Shown here: piece by piece, positions 24,423-37,403 of the stretch
Position numbering within the stretch: the stretch's first letter is position 1
How the letters are laid out: each line of letters opens with the position of its first letter
Origin: Paraspadella gotoi
Taxonomy: Eukaryota > Animalia > Chaetognatha
Assembly: GCA_051294375.1 (NCBI GenBank)
Contig: CM119268.1
Location: 6,643,232-6,707,231, forward strand
Length of the DNA: 64,000 bases
Reading direction: 5' to 3'
Notes under the pieces: generated by a model
What the model was told of the DNA's origin: nothing
Seen by the model: the letters and a program-made list of their open reading frames with translations, nothing else
Databases searched by the model: none
Made by a program: the position numbers and the translations under genes

Positions 24423-26053
24423 CTAATTCTCCATGGGTTGTTCCAACCCTCGAACTTTCATGCTGGTCCAGTATCTGACCACTTCAATCTTCTGCCAATT
24501 GCGGTCCGCGCTTTTTAAAGGCTTGAAGAATTTTTCTCGGATTTCCGCCAAAACCTTGAATGAAAAGAAGAAAAAAGAAAAAGTAAAAACTAAATACAAT
24601 ACAGCCGTCAACCGTCAACTCTCCCCCCCCCCCAACCTTTTCGTCATCCGGGCTCAAGGGGTTCGCCAAAGCGTTGAGATTTTTGTCGAGAAACTCGAGA
24701 CTGGCCGGACTGACGAGGGTGGTGGCGATTCCGGGTTCTCGGAGGGCGAATTGGAGGGCGAGGTTAGAGATGTCGGTATCTTTAAATTTGAAAAGTTTAA
24801 AATCAAATGGGCGGAAAAAATCCGAAAATCATTTGCACCATCGCGCACCTTTCTGATGGCAATGTAATGCCGCCTGGTGGCATGCGTCGCGAAGTTTTTG
24901 ATTGGCCGGGTGCCAAGCCGGGGGACCACGATTGCTCATCAGGCCCATGGCTAGGGGGGAAGCGTTGATAACGCCCACCCCGTGTTCTTGAAAAAAATTC
25001 TTCTCTTCCAACAACTCCTGGTCGAAGAGGGTCGCGCGGCAATAGGAAAGAACCGTCGATATCGTTCCCGATTCCACTTGTTTAACCTGAAAATTTTTTT
25101 TCTCTCAATTAGTAAATATACACAAACTGATCTAAACCAAATAACTAATTACAAAACTTATTCGTTAACCAAATTCTCCAGCATTGTGATCTGGCGATTT
25201 TTTTTAAACCTTTTTGCTCATCCCTTCTATACTTCACAGTTAAAAATAATCGGATTCTTACCAAGTCCTTCAGAATGTCAAGTGGGTAAGCGGTGACGCC
25301 GATATGTTTGATCTTGCCCGTTTTTTTCAGTTCAACGAGAGCGGGAATGGTGTGCTTGACGAGCTGCTGATTGGAGGCGCAAAATTCGACGTCATGGAGT
25401 TGGACGACGTCGATGTATTTGAGACCCAGAAGTCGAAGGGATTCCTCGACGGACTGAATCGTTTTCTCTGAGAAAATAATAATCACGTGATCATGATTTA
25501 AAATTCATTTCGCTCATTTATTCACCAAGAATCTATGAATCAAAGATCTCTTACCAGAAGTGAAGTTAAACATTTTGTCGACTTCCGTTTGATACCTCCC
25601 AATCTTGGTTGCGATATAATACGATTGCCGTGGAATGTTTTTCAACGCTTTACCCAGGATGGCTTCCGACTTTCCCTCGCCGTACCTAATGGAAATAAAA
25701 GAACCAAGATTTACAAATCTCCCCGTCAAAGATAATTCATTTATGTATATACTACCAAGGTGCGGTGTCGATGTAGTTTATTCCGCTGCAAATTGCTTTT
25801 TCCACAATGCGCGAACACAACTCTTCCCCCATCCTGTCCTGAAACACGGCTCCGAAAGACGAGGCGCCCAGACCCAATTTGGATACCATCTGCAGGGAAA
25901 AAGCCGAATCGAAATGCCGAAACTCAAGCTACGCGTACGAGCCAAAGAACTCACCATGTCCGTCTCCCCAAGTCGATTGTACTTCATCTTGGCCAAATCC
26001 TCCGGCTTATGAAATCCGGGGACGAAGGTGGGCGGAAGGTCGCCGAGAGTCAT
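24423..26053 (-). CDS. Aldo-keto reductase, L-galactose dehydrogenase-like, multi-exon
   Basis: MKYNRLGETDM-VSKLGLG, GINYIDTAPWYGEGKSE, YYIATKIGRY, SVEESLRLLGLKYIDVVQLHDVEF, GVINASPLAMGL, PPAWHPA. Confidence 0.9.
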
Positions 26054-26278
26054 TGTTTATTATGGCTAAATCTTATCAAAAGTAAACATCACAAAAGACG
26101 TAAGTAAAAATAACAAAATGAAAATAAGAAAATGATAACGAAAAACATCACAGAAAACAATAAGAGGTCAAAAACCAAACCAAATCTAATCATCCGCTAA
26201 AAAACCCATCGGCCTTTTAGGTTAGCAACCCCAAAGCCCTCAACGGGATACTCTATTCTCATTTTGATTGGAAAGGAA

Positions 26279-27229
26279 TCAACCGACTTTGTGTACGGTA
26301 GTCTTGCCTTCAGCCGTGACGATTTCGATCAAGCTGCCTGAATCGGGCCTGACGTCGCTTTGTGTCCAACCCACGAGCAGATCGGAGACGAATTCGAGAC
26401 TTGTCCAGGTCGACGTGTCGGCGTCCTTCATCCACTTGCGGTTCATGGGCGTGTCCAGCGTCACCGGCAAAATAGCGAGGGTGACGGCGCCCGCGGGGAG
26501 TCCGCATTTATTGGGGAGGGCTAAAGATTTCGTCAACTGGTGCACGGCGGCTTTCGCCATTCCGTAGCCAATCATACCGGGAGTCCCTGAAAAAAAATTA
26601 GGAAAATGAAAAAATAAAAATGTGGACTTCAGCCTGAAGAAGTTCAGGAAGAAAAAAGCGTTACCTTCGAGACAAGGACACGCGCCGGTTAAAGTTAAAA
26701 GCCCAGATTCTTTTAAATGCTTATGGGCGACTTTAGCGGCGATTGTGGACGACCTACAAATTGCATAATTGTTTGAATTATTTCAAACGTCTCTTCTAAA
26801 TTATTTAGTCTAAAACTCGACCGGAAACTTTTTCAAGATGCGCACCAAACGCTTTGCTTCCACACGAGATCCGCGTTTTTCACCAAGTCCTTGCTCTTGG
26901 TTGAGCCCCCGGCCCAGCCGCCGGCCACGCAAAAGATGGCATCCAATTTGTCGTCGGCCATCCAGCTCGACAGGGTTGATAAGACCTTAAGAAGAAAACG
27001 TAGTCATGCTAGACTCGTATTATAGAGTACCATTGTTTCAAAGTCTTACCTCGGCCTCTTGAGCGGTCCAACTGTCAACGGACGTTACGATGCAGTTGGC
27101 GTCGGCGTCTTCGTTGGCCTTGGTGCCAACGGAGGCCACCCAGTAACCGCGAGCCTTGAAGGCGGTAACTAGGACGGACCCGAGGGCGCCGCGACCCCCG
27201 TAGACGAGCACGCGACCCCCGCCACTCAT
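26279..27229 (-). CDS. QDPR: Dihydropteridine reductase (4 exons)
   Basis: [60 protein letters not shown]. Confidence 0.96.
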
Positions 27230-27410
27230 TTCCAATAAAATGTTTTCAATAAAATCGCTTAAATTTCGTCACTAAAACGATACAAGGCGAAGAGCGTGGA
27301 GCTTGATCAAAGAAAAGAACATTGAGATAAACCAGGAAAATAATAGTATAAAATAAATGCAAAGCCAAAACTGAAACAAAGTTTTGTGGTGATGACTAGG
27401 GTTCTATTTT

Positions 27411-28866
27411 TCAATGCGCTGATCCATGTCTCGGTTCAGTGAATCCGTTGTAAGTCGTCCCGTCCTCGATCTCGCTCGAAATTTTTCCGCATGAAACGTA
27501 TTGGAAGACGGAGAGCGTCATGTCCTGAGAATGACGCATGAAAGAAGCCTACGGGAGAAGTCGGAGGGAGAGATACACGGGTAAAAATCGATTAAAAATA
27601 TGATAGTAGTTTTTAACGAATTTAAATAATAACTCAGTATAGTAAATTATTAAATAAATTTATTTAATAAACAAATATAATTACTACTAGTTCAAATTCT
27701 GGCTCATTTCGCTATCTTACTTGCGCCGAGATATCGAACTTGAATAGAAAAGTGTGCATCCACTCGCGGGGATCGGCGCAATAGGGCGCGATGAAGCTTA
27801 GCGCGTTTCGGAAATAGAGATCGGTCCTCGCATACACGCGAACGCGGCTCCGGATTGGGATAAGAACCTTGTCGAGAAATAAATGACTATGCAGTAGTTA
27901 TGTTGCAGTTTCGTATTTCCATATTACCAGATAAATACTTGCGTATTGTTGACTGTATTGTTAAGGTTTTGATCGAATACGGTCACATGCATGGATAACG
28001 ACTCGAATGTCACGGGGACATAATTCGAATTTTCCACGATGAACTCGTTTTGAATGGTGAGGAAGACCGAGGGATTGGTACTATTCGTTACAATGTTTAC
28101 ATGGACAGGCGTGAGACGTTTTTTCTCCGAGATAAGCTGCAATTGTGAAAAAGGGGACTGAGTACACCGAGTATACTTAAAAAAATATATATGAAATTGG
28201 TACAACCAATATAAAAATTATCCATTCATTTAATAAATAAGCTATCTTGCCCCTGCCTTTGGACAATATTCAATAAAGAAAAGGTACCTGCACACTTCTA
28301 GGAAAGAGAAAGAATAGGGTCAAGCCGGCTACGAGTACGGCGACGAATACGCCGACAGCGACGGCGGGCAGTGTCCTGCGGGGTTTGAGGCGGTCGTCGT
28401 CGTAAGGGATTAAGGCGACGAGCTTGGATTCGGTCTCGCGGTCGATGCATCCTGCGCCGCCGCACGTCGGGCATGGAACCGAATCCTGTGAACAAATAAA
28501 AGCATATGTTATCAAAAATCGCACAGGCCTTGACAATAATCCGCGGTCACTGCTTGCCTTCATGAATTCCTCGTATTGGAACCCGGAAGGGTTCTCCTGT
28601 TGATCCAGATCGCGCGTCGCGGGTCTGGTTCTACTCCGTCTTCTTTCCGCCCACGAGATTCGTTTGTTGGGAAACCCAGTCACAGTCGTCGGCGCCTGCG
28701 GGACATCGCTCTCGATGACGTTGTCGGGCGCCGGGGGAGCAGAAGAATTAGGAGGCGGCGTCGGCGGAGTGTGGTTATCGGAATCAATGCCGCCACTTTC
28801 GAAAGGGGGAAACGAAAGGATGGCCGCACGGTCCGACGTCGACTGTTCCGTTTTTATTCGCGCCAT
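27411..28866 (-). CDS. TMEM106B: Transmembrane protein 106 family, multi-exon
   Basis: YEEF..DSVPCPTCGGAGCI...KLVALIPYDDDRLKPRRT, a TM helix ending FFLFPRS, and a luminal domain with NSNYVPV. Confidence 0.88.
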
Positions 28867-29049
28867 TTTTTTTTGCTTTTGTAAAAAATAAAACATTAGT
28901 ACATAAAAAATTTGTCGCAGAACGAAAACATTATTAAATTTAATACAATAAAATCAACAAACAGGGCGGATGTAAAAATAAAACAAAAACATTAAGCAAT
29001 GAGAATTAAATAAAAAAGACAGTTATAAAATTATGACGTTAAAAGTAGA

Positions 29050-31871
29050 TCAAAATTTCGGGTGCTTGAAATGTTTAGCGACTTTTGAAACAAATATGGG
29101 TAAAGCGACGTGAGTGCGCATTGGCCTTTCTGCCCCAGAAATAAGATATCGGCCGACAAGAATCATGTCCTCATTAAAAACATGAAATTGTCTCTGATGA
29201 TGATTCCAGCCAATCAAATTAGAACTTCCTAGCCAAAGGCGACCGTTGACGACGGCCATGACTTCTGGCTCCGTCCACTTGGACCACCGAGGAAAGTTCG
29301 GCCGCACTCTTTTGGACTTGGAACCGCCATCCCCACTTCTTTCAGGTGCGTTCCTTTCGTCGAGAAGGACTTTCAGGTCCCTCAATTTATCGTCGGTGAC
29401 GTCATAAACTGCGGCTTCGAACGGCTCGCCGATCAAAATCAGACGTTGACCGCCGAAGCAGATCATTTCCGGCGGCGAATAAATAGAACGAGGGCCCTTC
29501 AAACGAGTTTCCATATCGTCCGTTTCGGGCAAGTTCGTCGTGTACGAATTAAAATTGCGCAAAAGAGTCCAGGAGTCGGCGCGGACGTTATAGCGCAATA
29601 GGACAGCGTCGGCGCCGATGACGAAGATGGTGTTGTCGTCACTAACGCAGGCCGAGTGGCCCGTCTGATTGAAGTGAGACCACGGCGTGAGAGGCATTGG
29701 CGAACAATCTTCGAACTGTGATTCGGAACATCGGGAGGAAGCCGTTCGAAGGTCGAGACGCTCCACGGAGAGAAGGATCTTTGATGAAGAGCTGTACAAA
29801 CCGCCGATCCCGCCGATGGCGAAAAGGTAGTCCTTCGTCGACACCAATGCGTGTCTGCGACCAACCGTGTCGTCATGGTGATCGACTCAAAAATAAAAAA
29901 TAAAAAATAAAAAATAAAAAATTCTACCTGTATCGGAAAAAAGACAGCGGCCCCAATTCGTCACGACGAAGACTTTGAAGACAAACCCTAGATGAAAGAA
30001 ACAAATCCTAAATATGTATTCGTTTTTGGAAAACTTGAATTCGCCATTGTAAAATACCGACCTATATACTGTTCTTTTCAAAGCGAATTGATCTTCGTCT
30101 TCTTTAATCGAATATGCATTTATTATATTATATTTGACCTTCCCAGACGTCGTGCCATTATCTTTGGCGAATCCAGCGTCATCATTGCCTGAAGCAACAT
30201 CGCCTGAAGCATTGCCATCATCGCCGGAAGCATTACCATCATCGCCGGAAGAATTTCCATCATCTCCGGAAGCGGCGCCATCATCGCCGGAAGCAGCGCC
30301 ATCATCTTCGGAAGCAGCGCCATCATCGACGGAAGCAGCCCTGACATTGGCGGATTCTCCCTTAGACGGGTCCTTATCCACATCTTCAGCGTCATCTTCA
30401 TTCTCCCCTCCGTCATCCTCATTCTCCTCTTTGTTTTCATCATCATCCTCTTCGACATCATCATCATAATCCTCTTCGTCATCCTCAATCTCCTCTTTGT
30501 CATCATCATAATCCTCTTCGTCATCATCATTCTCCTCTTCGTCATCTTCCTCCTCATCCTCGCTAGATGAAATTGGCTCGATCTTAACGGCTCCGCCGGA
30601 AATTATCAAGAAGGTCCCTACGGTGACCATCCCGGCATAAAACCGCCAGCTTTTGAAACGCGGCTTCGCGCACATGGGTGAAATTTTGTCGTCAGCCTTC
30701 GGTTGACCGTAAAGATCATCTTTGGGTAGAGGATACAGACTGATGAAAGTACTTGAAAAAGAAAATGATGATCAGGTTTCCCGATTCGGATTTTGAACAC
30801 GAACAACAATACCAAAATAAATTGTAACCTTGGCAAATGATCTGCCCATTGATAGGTAGCTTTCGAAAGAGCTCGGCTTCTCGAGGATGAAACCGCACCT
30901 CGTTGAATCACCGCCATGCAAGTTCCAGTAGGAGTCGAGTGAAGTCGAGTCAGAGGATCATCCTCAACCTCAAACTTGTTAAAGATGCAAATGTAAATTT
31001 AAAAAGGCGTGAATGGCTAAAAATCGGTAAATTAGCATCAACAAACCTCAGTTATGCTCCTTTCGGTGAAAATCGAGTCGTCCGTGCCTTGCCATAAGCG
31101 ATTCTTATCGACTCTGTTGTCTCGGCAGTAATTGTCCACGATTTCATCCAAGTTACTGGTCTTTCCATGCCCCCACCTAAATTCGGATCCCAACTCGATT
31201 ATATTTTGGTGTATGACTGTATGTGTATCTTTACCAATCTCTCCATCAGAGTATGACCTTTATTTACCATAAACAGAGATGGAGTAAGTTTTTGAAAACG
31301 TCAATCGGCAAAGCCGGGATAAGCTTCGCGTTCACTTTCGAGATGTTCCAAGCGATGAGGGGATCAATGATTTCGGAGAGAAATTGCTGTCTCCCTTCAA
31401 AAAAAAAAAAAAAAAAGCCTTGAGCGTCCATTTCATAGCCCTATGCTAATCCCGCTCACCTCTATCTACGGCCATTTCCCTGATTCGGAAAAGATCGGAA
31501 GACTGCAGTCGCAACGGGAAGACATTTAGCTCGAGTATGCCGAGGAGGTCGGTGATCTGCAGCATGTCGGCAGCAAGCCAAATCTCGAGCAGTTCCACCA
31601 AACTGGTTTGCCTCAATTCGAGAATAGCTTCCCCCGGAAAGTAGAGAAAAAGGATGCAGGCCTCGAAGATCTTCACCGAAACTGAGCGTATCTCGATAAC
31701 TTTGGCGTCGCCCGATTCGAGAAAGGCGCCGGAAAACATGGCGTCAAAGTAAGGGCTGCCGGCAGCGAGGACGGCACGGTGGGCCGGCATGATCACGTTG
31801 GATGTGCTGAGTGAGACGTCGACGGATGAAGTGTCGAACGCACTTCTTCTTGTGTAAGAAAAACTAGACAT
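29050..31871 (-). CDS. Divergent BTB-(BACK)-Kelch protein with a long acidic/repetitive insert; internal exons only approximately resolved
   Basis: BTB DVSL...PAHRAVLAAGSPYFDAMFSGAFLES and Kelch-like blades (LIISGG, YLFAIGG...SVERLD, IFVIG...RYNVRADSW). Confidence 0.75.
30180..30565 (-). repeat. Coding low-complexity region: D/E tract followed by 21-nt tandem units encoding (G/E)DDG(A/N)(A/S)S
   Basis: Repeated ATCATCGCCGGAAGCA-type units. Translation gives DDGAASEDDGAASGDDGAASGDDGNSSGDDGNASGDDGNASG. Confidence 0.85.
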
Positions 31872-32775
31872 TGTTTATTTTTGTTCCCTTTTGATTTCAA
31901 AATCATGAAGCGCAAACATGCACCGATCTTTCACATAACTACATAGATAACGAAATAAACTGCCATATTTTTTTTTTCTTAAATAGGATTGTCGGGAGGA
32001 AAAAAGTATTTCCGCTAATTAGATTTCGAAACGAAGAAAAAAAAAATCTTCAATGAAACAGCGAGAGAGATTAGCGGTTCTGAACTCAAAATGAAAAGTC
32101 ATACAGCGGGAAAAAAGCGAATGTTAGTTAAGAATTCGGCGGAGAGACATGTTGGCGCCCAAACGTCAAGGACGAACAAAAGCTGAGATTTCTACGGTTG
32201 TCTTATTAGTTTTTGTTTTAGCACGCGATGTGTATTTTGCAGGCGGCGACTTCTGCTGTATTTGAGAGAACTTGACATATATTTGTTCATATTTTGGGCT
32301 CAGAACGTAAATCTCTCTTTTGGTTAATAAAATGAAAGAACTCAACGCGGATGGAGGAAAAGTATCCAAAAAAATGTGGAAACGGCAACCAAAAAATATT
32401 ATTAAAAAGTTTACTTTGCATGTTATAAAATTATTCTAAAATAGGGTTTTTGGAAGAATTCTTAACAAGAAAAAAAGGATATACGCTGGAAGTGAACAGA
32501 ATTGACTGGAACAAAAAAAAAAAGATTCAAAGTCGTGTGACAAAGACGGATTTAAAGGAACGACCGTGGAATGAGTAAAGGGGAGGGTGGGAAGGGGGGA
32601 AATCGGAGCAAGGGTAGGGAGGAAGAGTGGCGGCGAGAGAGTGAGAGAGAGAAAGAGAGAGAAAGAAATCGACCTAGCTCGTCTGAGAGACAGTTTCCGT
32701 AGATCAAATAATCCTTTGTCGTAGGATTTTACATATTTACAATTGATGATGACACGATGGCTCAAAACAAAAAAA

Positions 32776-35220
<2,445 letters not shown>

Positions 35221-35380
35221 TGGTGGCCCCCAGAATACTAGTATAAATAAAGTAAGGTTTCGTAAAATATCGTAGCAATCAAAATGCGATATAAAAACAT
35301 TGGTAAATCTAATGACACTGGAACAGATCACAGAGTATTTTTTGAAGCATCCCGAAAAAAAGTTTTTTTTACGAAAGCAG

Positions 35381-37290
35381 TCATCGTTTCTTCCATTTTT
35401 GAAAAACTTTGTCAAGTCTCTGAACAAAAACGTCCACCTCCTGCCTCTCCATGCCGATCCCTACGCCGGCCGTCAAATAAGAATCAGGATATCGCTCGTG
35501 ATGTGCGCCCCACCCAAGAAAGGAGTGCCCATTGACAGCGAGCTCGGAGCGTGAAGAGACTGCGCGGGCGCCGGAGACGCATCGTGTGAACAACATTGAC
35601 CCCAATTCCGTTTCCAGTTCCCTCGAGGGCGGCGAAACGGACTCATCTTGTTTCGCCTCCAACTTTTCGTCGTTTCGAGAATCGTGCTTGGTCTCGGCAA
35701 GCGTCAACGTGATCGCCATAGAAATGGGATTTCCTGGCGTGTGTAGCAATCTTTCTCCGTTCGCGGCGGCGCAAACGACGAGCTTATCCTTGAGGTAGTC
35801 GTAATTTTCTTTCCGCTCTTTCAAAAGCAGTTTGTACCGAGATCTTCCTGGAAAAAGGATATTTTTAAAGTCTGAAAAACGCATTATCTTTCGTCAAAAA
35901 CAAATAAGGACCAACCCATGGAAAGCAACGTGATTAGAAGATCAACTGAAGGAGTTGCGCTAGCTCGACCCGGATACGTCTTTGCGATTTTTGAGATAAG
36001 TTCGGAGTCGAAACCAGCAACTATAGCGCCTACAAAATGACATTAAACTTCTCCAACGAAAACGAAACCGACAAAGGAGCGTAAAACTTGCAAATACCTC
36101 CGACTGGAACCATGAAGTTTTTATCGGTACTCTGGACGAAAACGTCGAGCCTCTGCGATTTCCCAGCCTGCTCTATGAGGTGAGTGCATTTGGAAGACTG
36201 AACCCCATAAGCGTTGTTGACGACATGAGGAACGTCGAGATCCTTAGCGATCTCCCCGACTTCGACGAGGTTGTCCGGAGCCCGCGGGGCGAAGCAGGAG
36301 GTCGTCGTTAAAATACAGACGACGCTTGCAGGACCGTCTGGTGGATAAACGTGCTGTTTAATTTTTAACTACCGTGAATTTTATTTCCCCATTCATTTAA
36401 CAAACCCGGAAGATCGTTGATCGCGCGACGAATACCGTCTACGTTGGTCTGCAACTGGTCGCCGACCAAGAGGGGTTCGATGACGACCGGCGTCAAACCG
36501 GCGGTTCCGATGGCTTTGAAGCAAGATTTCTGGTCGATGCGAGGCCAAATCACGTGCGTCGCGTGAGGTCGAAGCGACTGGAAATAAGAAAAGACACTCT
36601 TCTATTTGCGATTACTATTTGTCGTCGTCACTGAACTTTTCTTAATAATAAATAAACCCTTACACATCCACAAGACCCTTATAACCTTTAAGGTTAAAAG
36701 AGCGAGTACGATCGACATTCCCGTCGCGACTGGGACTACGAAGCAAGCTTGACAATGAATCACTCCCGAAATTCTCAGGGCGTCCAGGGCAAGAGCGTTG
36801 GCTAACTGCGCCATGACGCTCGATCCTGCGGCTTTGGGTTGGATGGCAGTAACGTCGCCGGATCTATTGAAGAGTAAGGAGAAGAGACATCTTTATAATG
36901 AATGTTCAAGAAGAAGCGAGCTTTCCCCATCCGCGAACCTGCCGATACCATGAGACAGTCCAAAGTGTCGCTTGGCCACGAGGGAAGAAAAGACGCGTCC
37001 CTCTCTTTCACCAGCTCCGCACTTGTCAACAAAGTTGTTGGTGTCCATCAACGACAATTCCTGCGTGAGACGCGACCATGTTACGGCCAAGCTCTGAACT
37101 AAATCGGTCTGGTGTGCTTTACTTGAAAAAGAAGTCGAATGGTCTCGTCGTCCCAAGATTCTTCCGGAATCTTTCTATGACGAAGAAGATGGTCAATCAT
37201 GGACTGTCGCGATTGGCGACCTTCCTGTCCCTGACGCACATATCGCGAGTCCACTAGTTTTCCGCAAAGGTGGTAAAAATCAGAATTCAT
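35381..37290 (-). CDS. SEPSECS: O-phosphoseryl-tRNA(Sec) selenium transferase, multi-exon
   Basis: [10 protein letters not shown]...[97 protein letters not shown]. Confidence 0.97.
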
Positions 37291-37403
37291 CTGGAACAAT
37301 TGAAGAAAGACAAAAAAGGCAATTTAACCAAAGGTGAATACGAACCGAAATTTTTACCAAATTGAAAAGAGAGAAAACACAAAAAAACCACCGAAAAACT
37401 AAA

